From Sandaracinaceae bacterium (GTDB lineage: Bacteria; Myxococcota_A; Polyangia; Polyangiales; Sandaracinaceae), in NCBI GenBank assembly GCA_044220955.1, contig JBGAQA010000150.1, forward strand, positions 1 through 11,379: a stretch of 11,379 nt of DNA, written 5' to 3'. This document shows, piece after piece, positions 1-8,120 of this stretch. The notes beneath the pieces were generated by a model. That model ran no database searches. It saw only the letters and a program-made list of their open reading frames with translations, and had not been told where the DNA came from. Position numbers and translations under genes: made by a program. Position 1 is the stretch's first letter, and each line of letters starts with the position of its first letter.

Positions 1-37
1 GGCGAGCGGTAGCGAGCCGAGTCGGAGTAGGGGTGGG

Positions 38-86
38 GCCCCGTGGCCGATTCACTCGGCACGGGGCGGGGCGGGCACCCGCCCCG
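38..86. terminator. Two adjacent GC-rich hairpins downstream of the lipoprotein operon (possible terminator or REP-like element)
   Basis: GCCCCGT(G)GCCGA 38-50 pairs with TCGGCACGGGGC 56-67 (12 bp, one bulge). CGGGGCGG 67-74 pairs with CCGCCCCG 79-86. They lie just past the stop at 93. No U-tract is present. Confidence 0.35.
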
Positions 87-92
87 AGGAAA

Positions 93-1229
93 TCAGATCC
101 GGGTGCCGCTGAACGAGTAGGAGAAGTGGCCGCAGCCGAAGCAGCCGCTTCCGGTGAAGTCGACGGTGAACGTCCCGCTCAGGTTGTCGTCGTCGATGAA
201 CGTCACGTCGAGCGTGTACGTCTCGGTGCACGAGCCGCTGATCACCCGCGTCGCCGTGAAGCTCGGGCACGTGGTGGTGGACGCGCCCGTGTCGAGCGTG
301 CCGGCGGTGCTCAGGCGAACCGGGGTCACAGTGATCGCGCCGTCCACGTTGTCGATGCGGATCGTGCTGAGATCCCAGCGCACGATGCAGCGGCCCGTGG
401 GCGCCGGCGTCAGCTGGAACTGTCCCGCGCAGGTGGGCGCCGTCGAGCTGCAGCCGCACGACGCCTGGCTCGTGTCGCAGACGAACAGGCACGCCCCGTT
501 CGTTCCGGAGCTGCGATCGCAGGTGTCGACCGTGCACGGGTCTGTGTCGTGGCACGCCCGCGGCGTGCTGAACTGACAGCCGAAGTCGGCGTCACACGTC
601 GGGTCGCCGTCGCAGAAGTTCCACCAGGTCTCCCCCGCGGGCGTGCAGTCCGCCGGGGCGGAGCAGCCGTGGTAGGCGAGGCAGCCCATGGTGGTGTCGC
701 AGCGCTCGCCGGGGGCGCACATCGCGGCGACGGGCGCGTGGTGGCACATCATGTCGACGCCGCACGAGTCGACCGTGCACGCGATCGAGTCGTCGCAGCT
801 CGCCGAGCTGGTGCAGCCCATCGTCATGCCCGCCACGCAGCCTCGCACGGTGTCGCAGACGGGAGTGGGGTCCGAGCACATCGAGTTGACGGGCTGGTGG
901 CCGCACACGTTGCCCACGTCGCACGTGTCGAGGGTGCACCCGAGTCCGTCGTCGCACATCGACGAGTCCGTGCAGCGCATCGTCGTGCTGCACCCCGTGC
1001 CCACGACGCACCGCTCTCCAGCGCCGGTACACATCGAGTCGACACCCGTGTGCTGACACGTCGCCGACACGTCGCAGTTGTCGAGCGTGCAGGGGATGTG
1101 GTCGTCGCAATCGGCGTTCGCCGTGCAGCGGAACAGGGACGAGGCGTCGGGGTGCATCGCGCGCCCGTCGCCGCAGCCGGCGCTCGAGGCGAGCAGCATC
1201 AACGAGCCGAGCACGAGCGAGCGCTTCAT
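93..1229 (-). CDS. Cys-rich repeat lipoprotein (CTxDxC repeats resembling Dicty_CTDC), with a C-terminal beta-rich domain
   Basis: ATG at 1229 has GGAGG 5 nt upstream (preferred over GTG 1235). Signal peptide MKRSLVLGSLMLLASSAG-C ends in a lipobox. Repeats: CDDHIPCTLDNC, CDDGLGCTLDTC, CDDSIACTVDSC, CHDTDPCTVDTC. Confidence 0.85.
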   Translation of the reverse strand: MKRSLVLGSLMLLASSAGCGDGRAMHPDASSLFRCTANADCDDHIPCTLDNCDVSATCQHTGVDSMCTGAGERCVVGTGCSTTMRCTDSSMCDDGLGCTLDTCDVGNVCGHQPVNSMCSDPTPVCDTVRGCVAGMTMGCTSSASCDDSIACTVDSCGVDMMCHHAPVAAMCAPGERCDTTMGCLAYHGCSAPADCTPAGETWWNFCDGDPTCDADFGCQFSTPRACHDTDPCTVDTCDRSSGTNGACLFVCDTSQASCGCSSTAPTCAGQFQLTPAPTGRCIVRWDLSTIRIDNVDGAITVTPVRLSTAGTLDTGASTTTCPSFTATRVISGSCTETYTLDVTFIDDDNLSGTFTVDFTGSGCFGCGHFSYSFSGTRI

Positions 1230-1231
1230 CG

Positions 1232-2077
1232 TCACCTCCGGCTTCCGCGAACGTCGACGTCCTGGTTCGAGCAGCCGATGCCGCGCACCGTGGCCGTCCA
1301 GTGACCCATGAAACGCTCACGGCACGCGAAGGTGCCCGTGAGGTGGTAGCTCCCCGAGCCCGACGTCCCCGTGACGTCGAAGCTGTCGCTCGTGAGGGTC
1401 CCTGTCATCGTGATGGCGCCGCTCGGTCCGGTCGTGACGGTCACCGTCGTGCCGCTGACGCTGATCGTGAGCTGCGAGACCGTGTAGTTGGCGCCGCCGC
1501 AGGCCTGAGACTGCGCCGGCAGCATCGTGTACGTCCCGTTGAAGTCGTCGGGCGCGGTGAACGCCGTGCACGAGGGGCCCGCGTCGGGCATCGGGCCGAC
1601 GCCCGAGTCGCAGATCGTCGTGTACGCGCAGCTGTCGGCGGCGGTGTCGCACGCGTCGGTGGTGCAGGCGTTTCCGTCGTCGCAGTTGCGATCGGCGAGG
1701 TGGTAGCACTGGTGGGCGCCGCTACAGGACTCGGTCCCGTTGCAGAACACGTGGTCGTCGCAGTCGGCCGCGGTGTTGCACGTCGACATCGCCGTGCAGC
1801 CGACGACCGGGTCGCAGCGCTCGCCCGCCGAGACGTTGCACATCGCGTCGATGGGCGTGTGCATGCACGTGTTGCCCACCACGCACTGATCGAGGGTGCA
1901 CGCGAACGAGTCCGCGCAGTCGGGATCGCTCGAGCATCGCAGGGTGGGCGCGTCGCGTCCCACGTCGATCGCGCCCATGTCCGCGGCGGCGGAGCCGCTG
2001 TCGCGGTCGGCCGACGAACGGGTGCATCCGCCGACCACGACGAGCGTCGCGAACCAGCACGACAAGAGCAAGCGCAT
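1232..2077 (-). CDS. Cys-rich repeat lipoprotein, paralog of 93..1229
   Basis: Signal peptide ends LVVVGG-C (lipobox). Repeats: CADSFACTLDQC, CDDHVFCNGTESC, CDDGNACTTDAC. Thr/Ser/Gly-rich beta-type C-terminus. Its stop is 2 nt from the next ATG. Confidence 0.85.
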   Translation of the reverse strand: MRLLLSCWFATLVVVGGCTRSSADRDSGSAAADMGAIDVGRDAPTLRCSSDPDCADSFACTLDQCVVGNTCMHTPIDAMCNVSAGERCDPVVGCTAMSTCNTAADCDDHVFCNGTESCSGAHQCYHLADRNCDDGNACTTDACDTAADSCAYTTICDSGVGPMPDAGPSCTAFTAPDDFNGTYTMLPAQSQACGGANYTVSQLTISVSGTTVTVTTGPSGAITMTGTLTSDSFDVTGTSGSGSYHLTGTFACRERFMGHWTATVRGIGCSNQDVDVRGSRR

Positions 2078-2084
2078 GGAGAAA

Positions 2085-2114
2085 AGCCTACGCGGAGCCG
2101 CGGGAGGCGGTCAA
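2085..2114 (-). promoter_or_regulatory. Sigma70-type promoter for the lipoprotein operon (probably leaderless)
   Basis: Minus strand reads TTGACC (2114-2109), 18 nt, TAGGCT (2090-2085), 7 nt, ATG (2077). No SD sequence. Confidence 0.55.
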
Positions 2115-2165
2115 CGAGTCGTCGGTCGCTCGCCGCGATCGCTGCCCATGCCATGATGCCGCGCG

Positions 2166-3587
2166 ATGGAGGGCGGGGCGCGATCGTCGGACGCGGCCGA
2201 GCCGGCGGCCCAGCCGGCCCGATCGCCGCTGGCCCGCGCGCGGACGCTCGTCTTCGAGACGGACGAGAGCGCGCTCTCGCCGCCGCGGCGCTGGCTGATC
2301 GTCTCGGTCCGCTTCGTGTGGCTCGTGGTGCGGGCGCTCGTGCGCGATCGGCTCCAGATCCGCGCAGCGTCTCTCTCGTTCTCGACGCTTCTGGCGCTGG
2401 TGCCCGCGCTCGCGCTGGTGTTCGCGATCGCCAAGGCGACGGGGCTGCTCGCGGCGCTCCGCGACGACACGCTCATGCCCTTCATCGACGAGACGCTCGG
2501 CGCCGATCCGACGAGCGACTCGCCGGGCGTCGCGCTGCTGCGCTCGAGCGTGCTCGGCGTGATCGCCCTCGTCGACGGGACGAGCATCGCGGGGCTGGGC
2601 GTCACCGGCAGCGCCGTGCTCGTCCTGGCGATCTGGCGGGTGCTGCGCGGGGTCGACGAGGCGTTCCAGCACGTGTTCGAGCACCGCGGGCCGCGGCGCG
2701 TCGGCGCGCAGCGGCTGCGGGCGTGGGTGATCGTCGCCGTCGTGACGCCGCTCGGGCTCTCGTACGCGGTGACGACGGCGTCGCTCTCGCACGGCCCGCC
2801 TGCGGTGCTCCTCGACGCGTGGATCCCCGTGCACTGGGCCCGCGACCTCTTGCTCTTCGTCCTGCCGCCCGTCGTGGTGATCACGACGCTGCTCGTCCTC
2901 TATCTCGAGCTGCCGGACACCCAGGTCCGGTTCCGCTCTGCGCTCTTCGGCGCCGTCGCGGCGGGGCTCGCGTGGTACGGCCTGCAGATCGCGCACGTCC
3001 GGTTCCAGGTGGGCCTCGCCAGCTGGAACGCCATCTACTCCGGCTTCGGCGCGTTCCCGGTGCTGCTCGCGAGCGTGCAGATCAGCTGGCTCATCGTCCT
3101 GGTCGGCGCGCAGCTCGTGGCGCTGCACCAGCACTCGCCGACGCTCCGGGTGCTCGTGGTCGGCGCCCGTCGCGACTACGCCACGCTCGCGGCGCTCGGC
3201 CTCGAGGTGACGCTCGCGCTGGTGCCGCGCGACACGCCGATCGAGCCGCGCGCGCTCGCCCAGCGGGTCAAGACCGACCTCGCCACGTTGCGCGTGGTGC
3301 TCGACTCGCTCGAGGCGCGCGGGATCGTGTCGTCGATGCTCACCCCGCGTGGCAAGCGCTACCTCCTCGCGGTCGAGCCGAGCGCGCTCCGCACGAACGA
3401 CATCCTGGCCGCCATCGGCGACGGCCCCGAGCCGCAGCTGCCCTGGCGCGATGTGAGCCCCACCGTCCAGCGCGCGCTCGAGCTGCACCGGCGGGCCCTC
3501 GACACCAGCGAGCACAACCACACGCTCGCCGAGCTCGCCGGGGTCACTCCAGGGGTATCCAACTCGCCGAAATCACAGGGCTCCTGA
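2166..3587 (+). CDS. YihY/virulence factor BrkB family inner-membrane protein with a C-terminal winged-HTH (Rrf2-like) extension
   Basis: YihY-type motifs AASLSFSTLLALVP, LYLELPDTQVRFRSALFGA and YSGFGAFPVLLASVQISWLIVLVGA; multiple TM segments. C-terminal ALAQRVKTDLATLRVVLDSLEARGIV...RYLLAVEPSALRTNDIL resembles a wHTH. Confidence 0.85.
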   Translation: MEGGARSSDAAEPAAQPARSPLARARTLVFETDESALSPPRRWLIVSVRFVWLVVRALVRDRLQIRAASLSFSTLLALVPALALVFAIAKATGLLAALRDDTLMPFIDETLGADPTSDSPGVALLRSSVLGVIALVDGTSIAGLGVTGSAVLVLAIWRVLRGVDEAFQHVFEHRGPRRVGAQRLRAWVIVAVVTPLGLSYAVTTASLSHGPPAVLLDAWIPVHWARDLLLFVLPPVVVITTLLVLYLELPDTQVRFRSALFGAVAAGLAWYGLQIAHVRFQVGLASWNAIYSGFGAFPVLLASVQISWLIVLVGAQLVALHQHSPTLRVLVVGARRDYATLAALGLEVTLALVPRDTPIEPRALAQRVKTDLATLRVVLDSLEARGIVSSMLTPRGKRYLLAVEPSALRTNDILAAIGDGPEPQLPWRDVSPTVQRALELHRRALDTSEHNHTLAELAGVTPGVSNSPKSQGS

Positions 3588-3686
3588 CGCAAGATGCGCT
3601 GTACACAATTCGCGAAAGTGTATAGCGCATCTTGCCGCAGGAACGCTGTGATCGCGCGTAGATACGACCCCGTGGAGTGACCCCGG
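3538..3686. repeat. ~149-bp imperfect inverted repeat (long palindrome); MITE-like element or structured RNA
   Basis: Arms: CCGGGGTCACTCCA 3538-3551 / TGGAGTGACCCCGG 3673-3686 (14/14); ATCACAG 3572-3578 / CTGTGAT 3646-3652; TCCTG 3582-3586 / CAGGA 3638-3642; GCAAGATGCGCTGTACAC 3589-3606 / GTGTATAGCGCATCTTGC 3618-3635 (17/18, one G-T). All are centred on 3612. Confidence 0.9.
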
Positions 3687-3743
3687 GCGGGATGCGCGGG
3701 AAACACCCCGAACCCCACGTTCCGTCGCTACTATCCGCGGCGG

Positions 3744-4670
3744 ATGGATCGGGTCCTCGCCATCGCGCTCAACACGTTCCGGGAAGCCGTTCGCGACCGC
3801 GTGCTCTACGGCGTCCTCGGCTTCGCGATCGCCGTGCTCGCGTTCACGCTGGCGCTCGCAGAGCTCTCGGTCGCCGAGCAGCGCCGGGTCGTGCTCGACG
3901 TGGGGCTCGCGTCGATCTCGCTCTTCTCGGTCGTGATCGCCGTCTTTCTCGGCAGCTCGCTCCTCTACAAGGAGATCGAGCGCAAGACGCTCTACGTGAT
4001 CCTGCCCAAGCCGATGCGGCGCTACGAGCTGATCGTCGGCAAGTTCTTCGGGATCACGCTGACCGCGAGCGTCTTCGTCGGGCTGATGGGGGCGGTCCAG
4101 CTCTACGTCACCGCGATCCAGGCCGAGGCCGCCGGTTGGGTGCTGCTCGGCGCGCCAGCGCTCCTGGTGACCGTGTTCGGCGTGGCGTTCTATCGCGCGA
4201 CCGACCGTACGAGCCTCGCGCCGGCGCTGAGCGCGCTCGCGCTCGCCGTCATGACGGGCGTCTGCGCGAGCACCGACGCCGCCGTCATGCCCATCCTCGC
4301 GGCCCTCGTGCTCGTCGTCGGCGAGGTCGTGCTGCTCGCCTCGGTCGCGATGCTCTTCGGCTCCTTCTCGACCCCCTTCCTGACCGGCGCCTTCACCATC
4401 GGCGTCTGGCTCCTCGGTCGCTCGGCCGACACGATGGCCACGATGCACTCGCGCGTGCTCCCGGGCGCGCTGCGGACGTTCCTGCACGGCCTGGCGTGGG
4501 TGGTGCCGAACTTCCACCTCTTCGTGCCCAGCATGCACGCGCTCGAGCCCGCGGCCGGTGCGACCTCTCCTGCGGCGTACGTCGGCTCGTCGATCGTGTA
4601 CGCGATCCTCTACGCCTCGGCGCTGCTCGTCGTCGCTTCGGCGGTGTTCGAGCGACGCGACCTCGCATGA
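3744..4670 (+). CDS. ABC-2-type transporter permease (resembles the PilI-like permeases of myxobacterial type IV pilus loci)
   Basis: N-terminus AIALNTFREAVRDRVLY, loop KEIERKTLYVILPKPMRRYELIVGKFFG, LAWVVPNF and C-terminal FERRDL are typical of this permease group. Multiple TM helices. Confidence 0.85.
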   Translation: MDRVLAIALNTFREAVRDRVLYGVLGFAIAVLAFTLALAELSVAEQRRVVLDVGLASISLFSVVIAVFLGSSLLYKEIERKTLYVILPKPMRRYELIVGKFFGITLTASVFVGLMGAVQLYVTAIQAEAAGWVLLGAPALLVTVFGVAFYRATDRTSLAPALSALALAVMTGVCASTDAAVMPILAALVLVVGEVVLLASVAMLFGSFSTPFLTGAFTIGVWLLGRSADTMATMHSRVLPGALRTFLHGLAWVVPNFHLFVPSMHALEPAAGATSPAAYVGSSIVYAILYASALLVVASAVFERRDLA

Positions 4671-5317
4671 CGACCCGCGGGCAAGCAGCGCTGCGCATCG
4701 GCGGGGTGGTGGCCGTGGTGCTCGTGGCGCTGGCCGTCCGCGTGATCGGCGCCTCGCGCGCGGAGCTGGACGCGGCGCGCGCGGTCGACGGTCGCGGCGA
4801 CACGGCGCTGGCGATCTCGCACTACCGGCGGGCGGCGCGCTGGTACGTGCCCCTCAGCCCCTACGACGAGCAAGCGCTCGCGCGCCTCGCCGAGATCGGC
4901 GCCGAGGCGGAGGGAGAAGGCGACACCGAGCTCGCCCTCTCGGCCTGGCGCTCGATCCGCGCGGCCACGCTCGGGTCGCGCAGCTTCTACGTCCCCCACG
5001 AGGAGCGGCTGCGCGAGGCCGATCGCCACATCGCGGCGCTGATGGCGCGCTTGCCGCCGCCGCCCATCGACGTGCGCCGCTCGGTCGAGGAGCGCGAGGC
5101 CGCTCACCTGGCGCTCCTCGAGGCCGAGGTGGGTCCGCGCCCTCTGCCCAGCCTCGTCGCACTGCTCGGCCTCGGGACCTGGATCGTCGCGGCCTTCCTC
5201 TTCGCCACCCGCGCTTTCGGCGAGGACGACGAGCTCGTCCCCAAGGAGGCCAGGCGCTGGGGCGCCGTGTTCTCGCTGGGCCTGGCCCTCTTCGCGCTGG
5301 GCCTGTGGCTGGCGTGA
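4667..5317 (+). CDS. Hypothetical membrane protein (N-terminal TM, helical TPR-like soluble region, two C-terminal TMs)
   Basis: ATGA overlap with the permease stop. MTTRGQAALRIGGVVAVVLVALAV..., ALAISHYRRAARWY, LALSAWRSIR, then two hydrophobic segments. This is the 3' part of track ORF 3677..5317. Confidence 0.75.
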   Translation: MTTRGQAALRIGGVVAVVLVALAVRVIGASRAELDAARAVDGRGDTALAISHYRRAARWYVPLSPYDEQALARLAEIGAEAEGEGDTELALSAWRSIRAATLGSRSFYVPHEERLREADRHIAALMARLPPPPIDVRRSVEEREAAHLALLEAEVGPRPLPSLVALLGLGTWIVAAFLFATRAFGEDDELVPKEARRWGAVFSLGLALFALGLWLA

Positions 5318-5401
5318 GCGGCGAGGCCTCCCGCGGACCGGACTCCCGCGGGGCACCGCGTTGTTTGGACGCGGGCGCCCGATTGGCGTAACGAGGGGCT
5401 C

Positions 5402-6669
<1,268 letters not shown>

Positions 6670-6670
<1 letters not shown>

Positions 6671-7326
6671 TGACGGCGAAGAAGCCCGAGCTCGACGTCG
6701 ACGGAATCACCATCGGCGTCCCCAAGGGAAGGGTGCTCAAGCAGCTCGCGCCCTTGCTCGCCTCGGTCGGCGTCGGCACGGACGACGTGCTCGCGGACGA
6801 TCGGCGGCTGGTCCGGGTCGACCCCGCGACGGGGCTGCGCTTCCTCCTGCTCAAGCCGGACGACGTGCCGACCTACGTCGAGTACGGGGCGGCCGACGTC
6901 GGGATCGTCGGCCGCGACGTGCTGCTCGAGCGGGACTACGACCTCTACATGCCCGTCGATCTCGGGATCGGCCGGTGCCGCCTCGTCGTCGCCGGCTTCC
7001 CGGACCGGCCCGCGCCGTCACGCGCGCTGCGCGTGGCCACCAAGTTCCCGCGCATCGCCCAGCGCCACTATGCGCGGCGCGGTGTCCCGGTCGAGATCGT
7101 GTTCGTCCAAGGATCCGTCGAGCTCGCCCCGCTGACCGGCCTCGCCGACGTGATCGTCGATCTCGTCGAGAGCGGCGAGACGCTGCGTCAGAACGGCCTC
7201 GCGCCGCTCGAGCACGTGGCCGACGTGACCAGCGTCATCGTGGCGAACCGCGCGTCGTACAAGCTCCGATACACGCGCCTCGCGCCGCTCTTCGCGGCGA
7301 TCGAGGCGCGTTCCCGGAAGCGCTGA
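6670..7326 (+). CDS. hisG: ATP phosphoribosyltransferase, short form
   Basis: TGATG overlap with murA. Motifs IGVPKGRV, DVPTYVEYGAADVGIVGRDVLLE, RVATKFP, GSVELAPLTGLADVIVDLVESGETLRQNGL. 218 aa, lacking the C-terminal regulatory domain. Confidence 0.95.
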
Positions 7327-7758
7327 TCAGTCCGCAGGGGTGGCCGCGTCGTGCGTGCGGGCGGCGCGCACGTCGGCCGTCATCGTCGTCGCGCCGCTGA
7401 CGGTGATCATCGCGCGCAGCCGCCGGAACGTGGCGCGTCCGATGCCTCGAACGCGCAGGATGTCCTCCACGCGCTGGAAGGGGTGCGCCTGGCGGTAGGC
7501 GATGATCGCCTCGGCCTTGCTCGGCCCGATGCCCGGGAGCAGCTGCAGCTGCTCGGCGCTCGCCGTCTGGATGTTCACGACTCCGTCCGCGGCGTCGGGG
7601 GTGGCGCCCGTGTGGGGGGCGGGCGCGTGCACGCTCGCCGTGTGGGGGCCGCTGCCGTGCGTCGCGTGCGTCGTCTGCGCCATCGCCGGCGCGGCGGCGA
7701 GCAGCAGCGCGAGCGCGGCCGTGAGCCCGAGGGTCTGCTTCTGGATGGGGTTCGTCAT
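7327..7758 (-). CDS. comEA: ComEA-family helix-hairpin-helix DNA-binding protein (exported)
   Basis: ATG 7758 with GAGGAG upstream. Signal peptide ...ALLLAAAPAMA|Q. Double-HhH domain VNIQTASAEQLQLLPGIGPSKAEAIIAYR...FQRVEDILRVRGIG...LRAMITV. Confidence 0.88.
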   Translation of the reverse strand: MTNPIQKQTLGLTAALALLLAAAPAMAQTTHATHGSGPHTASVHAPAPHTGATPDAADGVVNIQTASAEQLQLLPGIGPSKAEAIIAYRQAHPFQRVEDILRVRGIGRATFRRLRAMITVSGATTMTADVRAARTHDAATPAD

Positions 7759-7862
7759 GGCTCTCTCCTCTTCTTCGGTCTTGGTCTCTCGAACGGTTCT
7801 CGATCCCGGTCGGGCACCACGCCCGGCCGCGCTGCGGACGCGCGCGTCCGCGTCGTCCTCGG

Positions 7863-8120
7863 TCAGCCCAGGTCCGCCGGCAGCTCGGGCGCGCCGAGCG
7901 CGCCCTCGGGGCGCGTGGCGTCGGGGCTGGGCCGGAACGGCCGGATGTGCAGCGTGCCGTTGGTCGGCACCGCGTCCAGGACCGCGTTGAGGCTGCCGTC
8001 CCGATTCCGGAACGCGCTCCCGATGCGGACCCAGAACTTCCGGCCGTCCCGCTCGCGCGCGACGATCGTGTAGACGACGAGCGGACCGCGTCCGCTGCTC
8101 TCTTCGACGTGGGCTTCCAT
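7863..8120 (-). CDS. Small hypothetical protein (85 aa), predicted beta-rich and basic/aromatic
   Basis: ATG 8120 with GGAGG at 8133-8129. Core VVYTIVARERDGRKFWVRIGSAFRNRDGSLNAVLDAVPTNGTLHIR looks like a real globular domain, followed by a Pro/Ala/acidic tail. Confidence 0.8.
   Translation of the reverse strand: MEAHVEESSGRGPLVVYTIVARERDGRKFWVRIGSAFRNRDGSLNAVLDAVPTNGTLHIRPFRPSPDATRPEGALGAPELPADLG

Noticed and set aside
93..2077. Multiheme cytochrome or Fe-S protein interpretation of the Cys/His-rich lipoproteins
   Set aside because: No CxxCH motif (only CxH and one CFGCGH); exported Cys-rich repeats fit disulfide-bonded modules better.
3557..3665. Integron attC site (ATCCAAC fits RYYYAAC)
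   Set aside because: The opposite arm reads GTAGAT, not GTTRRRY; no integrase or cassette array.
3538..3686. 6S RNA, SRP RNA or retron msr-msd
   Set aside because: The rod shape is suggestive, but there is no SRP GGAA-loop motif, no 6S sequence I recognise, no reverse transcriptase nearby, and it overlaps a CDS end. Not called without a cmscan hit.
3677..4666. N-terminal 330 aa of track ORF 3677..5317
   Set aside because: Overlaps the permease in another frame; the real gene most likely starts at ATG 4667.
5328..5351. Direct repeat CTCCCGCGG x2 upstream of murA
   Set aside because: Short and GC-rich; plausible by chance, with no other support.
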